From Veleropilina oligotropha (taxonomy: Eukaryota): DNA of 64,000 nucleotides. The translations under genes and the position numbers were made by a program. This document shows, piece by piece, positions 61,223 through 64,000 of this stretch. The DNA is taken from positions 124,001 through 188,000 of the forward strand of contig JBEUKZ010000016.1 of NCBI GenBank assembly GCA_048128005.1, read 5' to 3'. How positions within the stretch are numbered: position 1 is the first letter of the stretch; each line of letters starts with the position of its first letter. The notes under the pieces are model-generated. The model worked only from the letters and a program-made list of their open reading frames with translations, was not told the DNA's origin and did not search any database.

Positions 61223-61593
61223 CACAATACTACGTGGCTGTATTGTTCAGCCTGTTGATTCCCCATGTCTACCGTTACGTTCAAATACATGGTCCCCACC
61301 CACGGGGCCTTGATGATGAAGACGAGGGTCAACCTGTCCGAATTCAGGCCAAGCTTACTTATGGAACATGCTTTGGGGCCCCCGGCGGGCTGGACCGGCG
61401 TCAGGTGGATCATTAGGAGGGCTGGGTTTAACCCAAACCGACCTCCAGCGTTTGGGATCATGAACTCCCTCTTCGCCAGCCCCTTCTTGGGCGCTTCCCC
61501 ACAATTAAGAACGAAGTTCCACCGGGTTGGGGAAGAGGGCTCATCTGCAAGCAGGGGGAGGGGGGGGAGGGTCCCATAGATGCTGGCGCTCAT
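61222..61593 (-). CDS. Hypothetical 123-aa beta-rich protein of the virus-like element
   Basis: Intact ORF coupled to its neighbours by ATGA and TGATG overlaps. Confidence 0.65.
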   Translation of the reverse strand: MSASIYGTLPPLPLLADEPSSPTRWNFVLNCGEAPKKGLAKREFMIPNAGGRFGLNPALLMIHLTPVQPAGGPKACSISKLGLNSDRLTLVFIIKAPWVGTMYLNVTVDMGNQQAEQYSHVVL

Positions 61594-62327
61594 TGTATCG
61601 CAAGGACTGCGGTAATGGGCATGCCGTGATTGTCGATCGGGTTACCATCTGCGTCTGTGACATACACCTTCAATTCGGTGAGTGACCCGGCCTGTAGTCG
61701 CCGGCCGGCGGGGTAGCTCTGATAGTGGCCTGCCTCACCGAACATCTGCGACGTTATAGGGACCACCGCGAGAACATTGCTCAGGGCGCCGTCCTTCACA
61801 TTGTGGGTTGTACTGAGCTGATCCAAGTGAAAGTGTAGGGTCGGCGCTATGGCAAACCCGACAGGCTTGTTCCCGTCATAAGTGCCAGGGCGTAGCCACT
61901 CGGATCTCTCCGGAGGGGGAGGTCTGCCCCCCCGTACTCCAATGGGTGGGTTCAGATTCCCCGATTTATCGAGAATGAACGAAGAAAGGTCTAAGCCTAG
62001 GAGTTTCCTGATATCGTCGCTTATCGCGAGTCGGGTCCCCTCTGGGACCACGATTCGGGCGAGCCCTGTAGCATGGCTTACGTATAGCTGTATGTTCTTT
62101 AGCGACCTCTTCATCGTCTTGGCGAGGTCATCGAAGCTGTAGAAACCTGGCGGCACCTCGACCGTGGTATCGGGGGTCTTAAAGAAGGCTCCGGCGTGCA
62201 CGTTGTGCCAGCCGACCCAATAGTCGAGCGACTGCAAGCTGACACATAGCTTGCCCTCCCGGTTATCAATCGGTTGAAGGAGGGCAACCGCGGTCCCATC
62301 TTGAACACTCGTTAATGTATGGAACAT
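61590..62327 (-). CDS. Putative minor capsid (penton-like) protein, 245 aa
   Basis: VPPGFYS...L, LLGL, and C-terminal LAVVP...LTELKVYVTDADGNPIDNHGMPITAVLAI resemble Polinton penton motifs. Confidence 0.6.
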   Translation of the reverse strand: MFHTLTSVQDGTAVALLQPIDNREGKLCVSLQSLDYWVGWHNVHAGAFFKTPDTTVEVPPGFYSFDDLAKTMKRSLKNIQLYVSHATGLARIVVPEGTRLAISDDIRKLLGLDLSSFILDKSGNLNPPIGVRGGRPPPPERSEWLRPGTYDGNKPVGFAIAPTLHFHLDQLSTTHNVKDGALSNVLAVVPITSQMFGEAGHYQSYPAGRRLQAGSLTELKVYVTDADGNPIDNHGMPITAVLAIQ

Positions 62328-62334
62328 AGTAGCT

Positions 62335-63617
62335 ATGGCTAAGAGCGCCTTTGCGTTTAATACTATAGGAGTGCGGCCTATCCGAGCGGTGTGGTGTACC
62401 CAGCACAGATCAAAGATGAGCAGCTTACGAGACCAAGCATCAATGTGGGTAATAGCTCAACCACTGCATTCGGGGCAGACTATCCCGACGTATTTCAAAA
62501 GTATCGCCTCCCACATGTCGCGAGTGATCGGGTAATACGGGCTTGGCAGACCACGCCGATGCAGTTCTGGCAGAACAAGGTCAATTTCGCAGTCTGGTGT
62601 GCTACAACAGGTTCCGGGATCTCCTCAGAAGACCACTTGAATGCGACCGACCCCCTCTCCACTGCTGTATTCACCTTCCACGTATACTACCAGGTCAGAA
62701 GGATCTTGACCGAGATTCAGGCCCCGCTGCCTCAAGACGTGACGTGGGATGCATTCGACACCCCGTATGACCGAAGGGCATATGAAAAGATCTGCAGCGA
62801 ATTCGGAGTGTCCCCACATACCGACTGGCGTGTCAAGGGTCCCAACGGCGGACTAGGCACCGCTTACAGCTACTGGACGAACAACGGCTACCACCCCATC
62901 GGACGTGAGTATGATCCAAGCCGAATGTCCTTCACCAAAGGTACGACCAACACGAATCTGCACGTGGACTACATCGCGCAAGCGCCTGTGCTTTCAAACG
63001 GCTGGGCTTCCTTTATTCTGGACAAGTCGGCGGGATTCATGAGGGCCGGCGTGGAGAGGCTCAATGACTCCATCAGGACCTACGTCTGGGCGATTCTTGG
63101 AGCGCAGGCGCAGACACGTGCAAGTATTCTGGGGAGTGGGACGGCATTTGACGCACAGAAACAGTTTCTGGCCGACGTCGAAGACGCCATCGCATCGCCA
63201 GTGGACCTCCCATCAGCCATCAAACGGTACCAGGACGTTTTGCAGTATGCCAGGTCCAAGGTCGACTTCGTATTCGGCGTCGGCCTGTACATGGCGCCAA
63301 GTAACATGCTTCTACGGATCGGGCAGGTGGCTGGTTATAACAACGAGATCGTCGTCGCCACGGAAGACCAGACCCTAGGTCTTAATATGACGGTGAACGC
63401 GGCCAGTGTGCCGCCCAACGCCGCTGGGGAGACTGGAGAAACAGGATTGGTTATTCCACAAGACGCAGATGCAAGCATACCGGTAGTCACTCTGAAGCAT
63501 CCAAACGCTGAGCTGGCTGTAGCTGTTCCAGCGGTAGCTGTGGCACATGACGAGGAGAAAACCGCACTTATCGTGGGCGGCATTGTCGTTGGCCTAGCGT
63601 TCATCTGGCTTACGTGA
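62335..63617 (+). CDS. ~427-aa protein with a C-terminal transmembrane anchor; probable ATG at 62335 with a frameshift near 62358
   Basis: 408-codon open frame (WQNKVNFAVWCAT, FHVYYQVRRIL, HDEEKTALIVGGIVVGLAFIW) lacks an ATG near its start; the ATG at 62335 joins with +1 nt. Confidence 0.7.
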
Positions 63618-64000
63618 CCCACTGTCTAGCGGCAATAAGAAGCAAGCCCCCAACAGATATAATCACAGCCCACAGATTCTCGGCGAGCCACGACGCAGTC
63701 TTGCCAACCAGATTGATTAGCCAGGAAATCAGGCTTCCAAGTATTCCGGGGAGCGCGGCTGCGGCCTTCCCCGCTAGTTTGCCTAGAATCCGACCCAGGG
63801 TCCGCAGCTGCTTTTTTACCCACTCCTTGACCCCCCCCCCCCCCCCCCCTGACCACTGGGAGGTGATGGTGGTTGTGGTATGCTCGGCGCTCCGCCTGTC
63901 AGGGCTAGTACCAAAGTCGAGATAGCCAACCCAATAGCGGTCAGTATGGTTGCGATTGTAACCCCCTGCTCGCGAAATAGGGTCCGGATACGCTCGGCCA
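63610..64000 (-). CDS. C-terminal part of a membrane protein (not in the ORF track; frameshift in a 19-nt C run)
   Basis: AERIRTLFREQGVTIATILTAIGLAISTLVLAL-PQPPSPP-Gn-VKEWVKKQLRTLGRILGKLAGKAAAALPGILGSLISWL...NLWAVIISVGGLLLIAARQWVT*. Confidence 0.75.
   Translation of the reverse strand, partial: GRAYPDPISRAGGYNRNHTDRYWVGYLDFGTSPDRRSAEHTTTTITSQWSGGGGGGVKEWVKKQLRTLGRILGKLAGKAAAALPGILGSLISWLINLVGKTASWLAENLWAVIISVGGLLLIAARQWVT

Larger units (their letters stand above)
59043..64000. mobile_element. Polinton/Maverick (adintovirus-like) endogenous viral element, one end, continuing beyond the window
   Basis: Shift to higher GC; intronless abutting or overlapping ORFs; penton-like ORF and membrane proteins resembling, from recall, Polinton-associated ORFs of marine invertebrates; AGCAGCAG start. 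No pPolB, integrase or major capsid gene is visible in the window. Confidence 0.65.

Noticed and set aside
60590..63617. Bacterial or phage contaminant operon
   Set aside because: No obvious Shine-Dalgarno pattern, a host LINE fragment is embedded in the block, and the proteins resemble eukaryotic Polinton-type ORFs; a misjoin cannot be fully excluded without reads.

Overview
Eukaryotic (AT-rich, repeat-dense) genomic DNA, most likely from a marine invertebrate; the lineage is inferred from repeat types and lectin motifs and is not proven. The + strand carries 33 phase-consistent GT-AG exons (10039-58971; 4626 nt, about 1540 aa, 5'- and 3'-incomplete) of a large mannose-receptor-like lectin. 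Its visible domain order is CTLD(partial)-CTLD-FA58C x3-WSC-CTLD x5. The introns hold many transposable elements: a DIRS-type retrotransposon (1-~3150), Kolobok, maT (DD37D), Tc1, hAT-, Harbinger- and EnSpm-like MITEs, a 769-bp foldback element, Helentron-type HINEs with tandem arrays, tRNA-derived SINEs, L2/CR1 LINE fragments, a solo LTR and a Penelope-like palindrome with a hammerhead-like core. From ~59043 to the window end lies a GC-richer, intronless, tightly packed gene block that resembles a Polinton/Maverick (adintovirus-like) endogenous virus. It encodes a penton-like ORF, three membrane proteins, stop-start-coupled ORFs and a frameshift-hidden secreted 8-Cys protein. All family assignments come from motif recognition by eye; no database searches were run.
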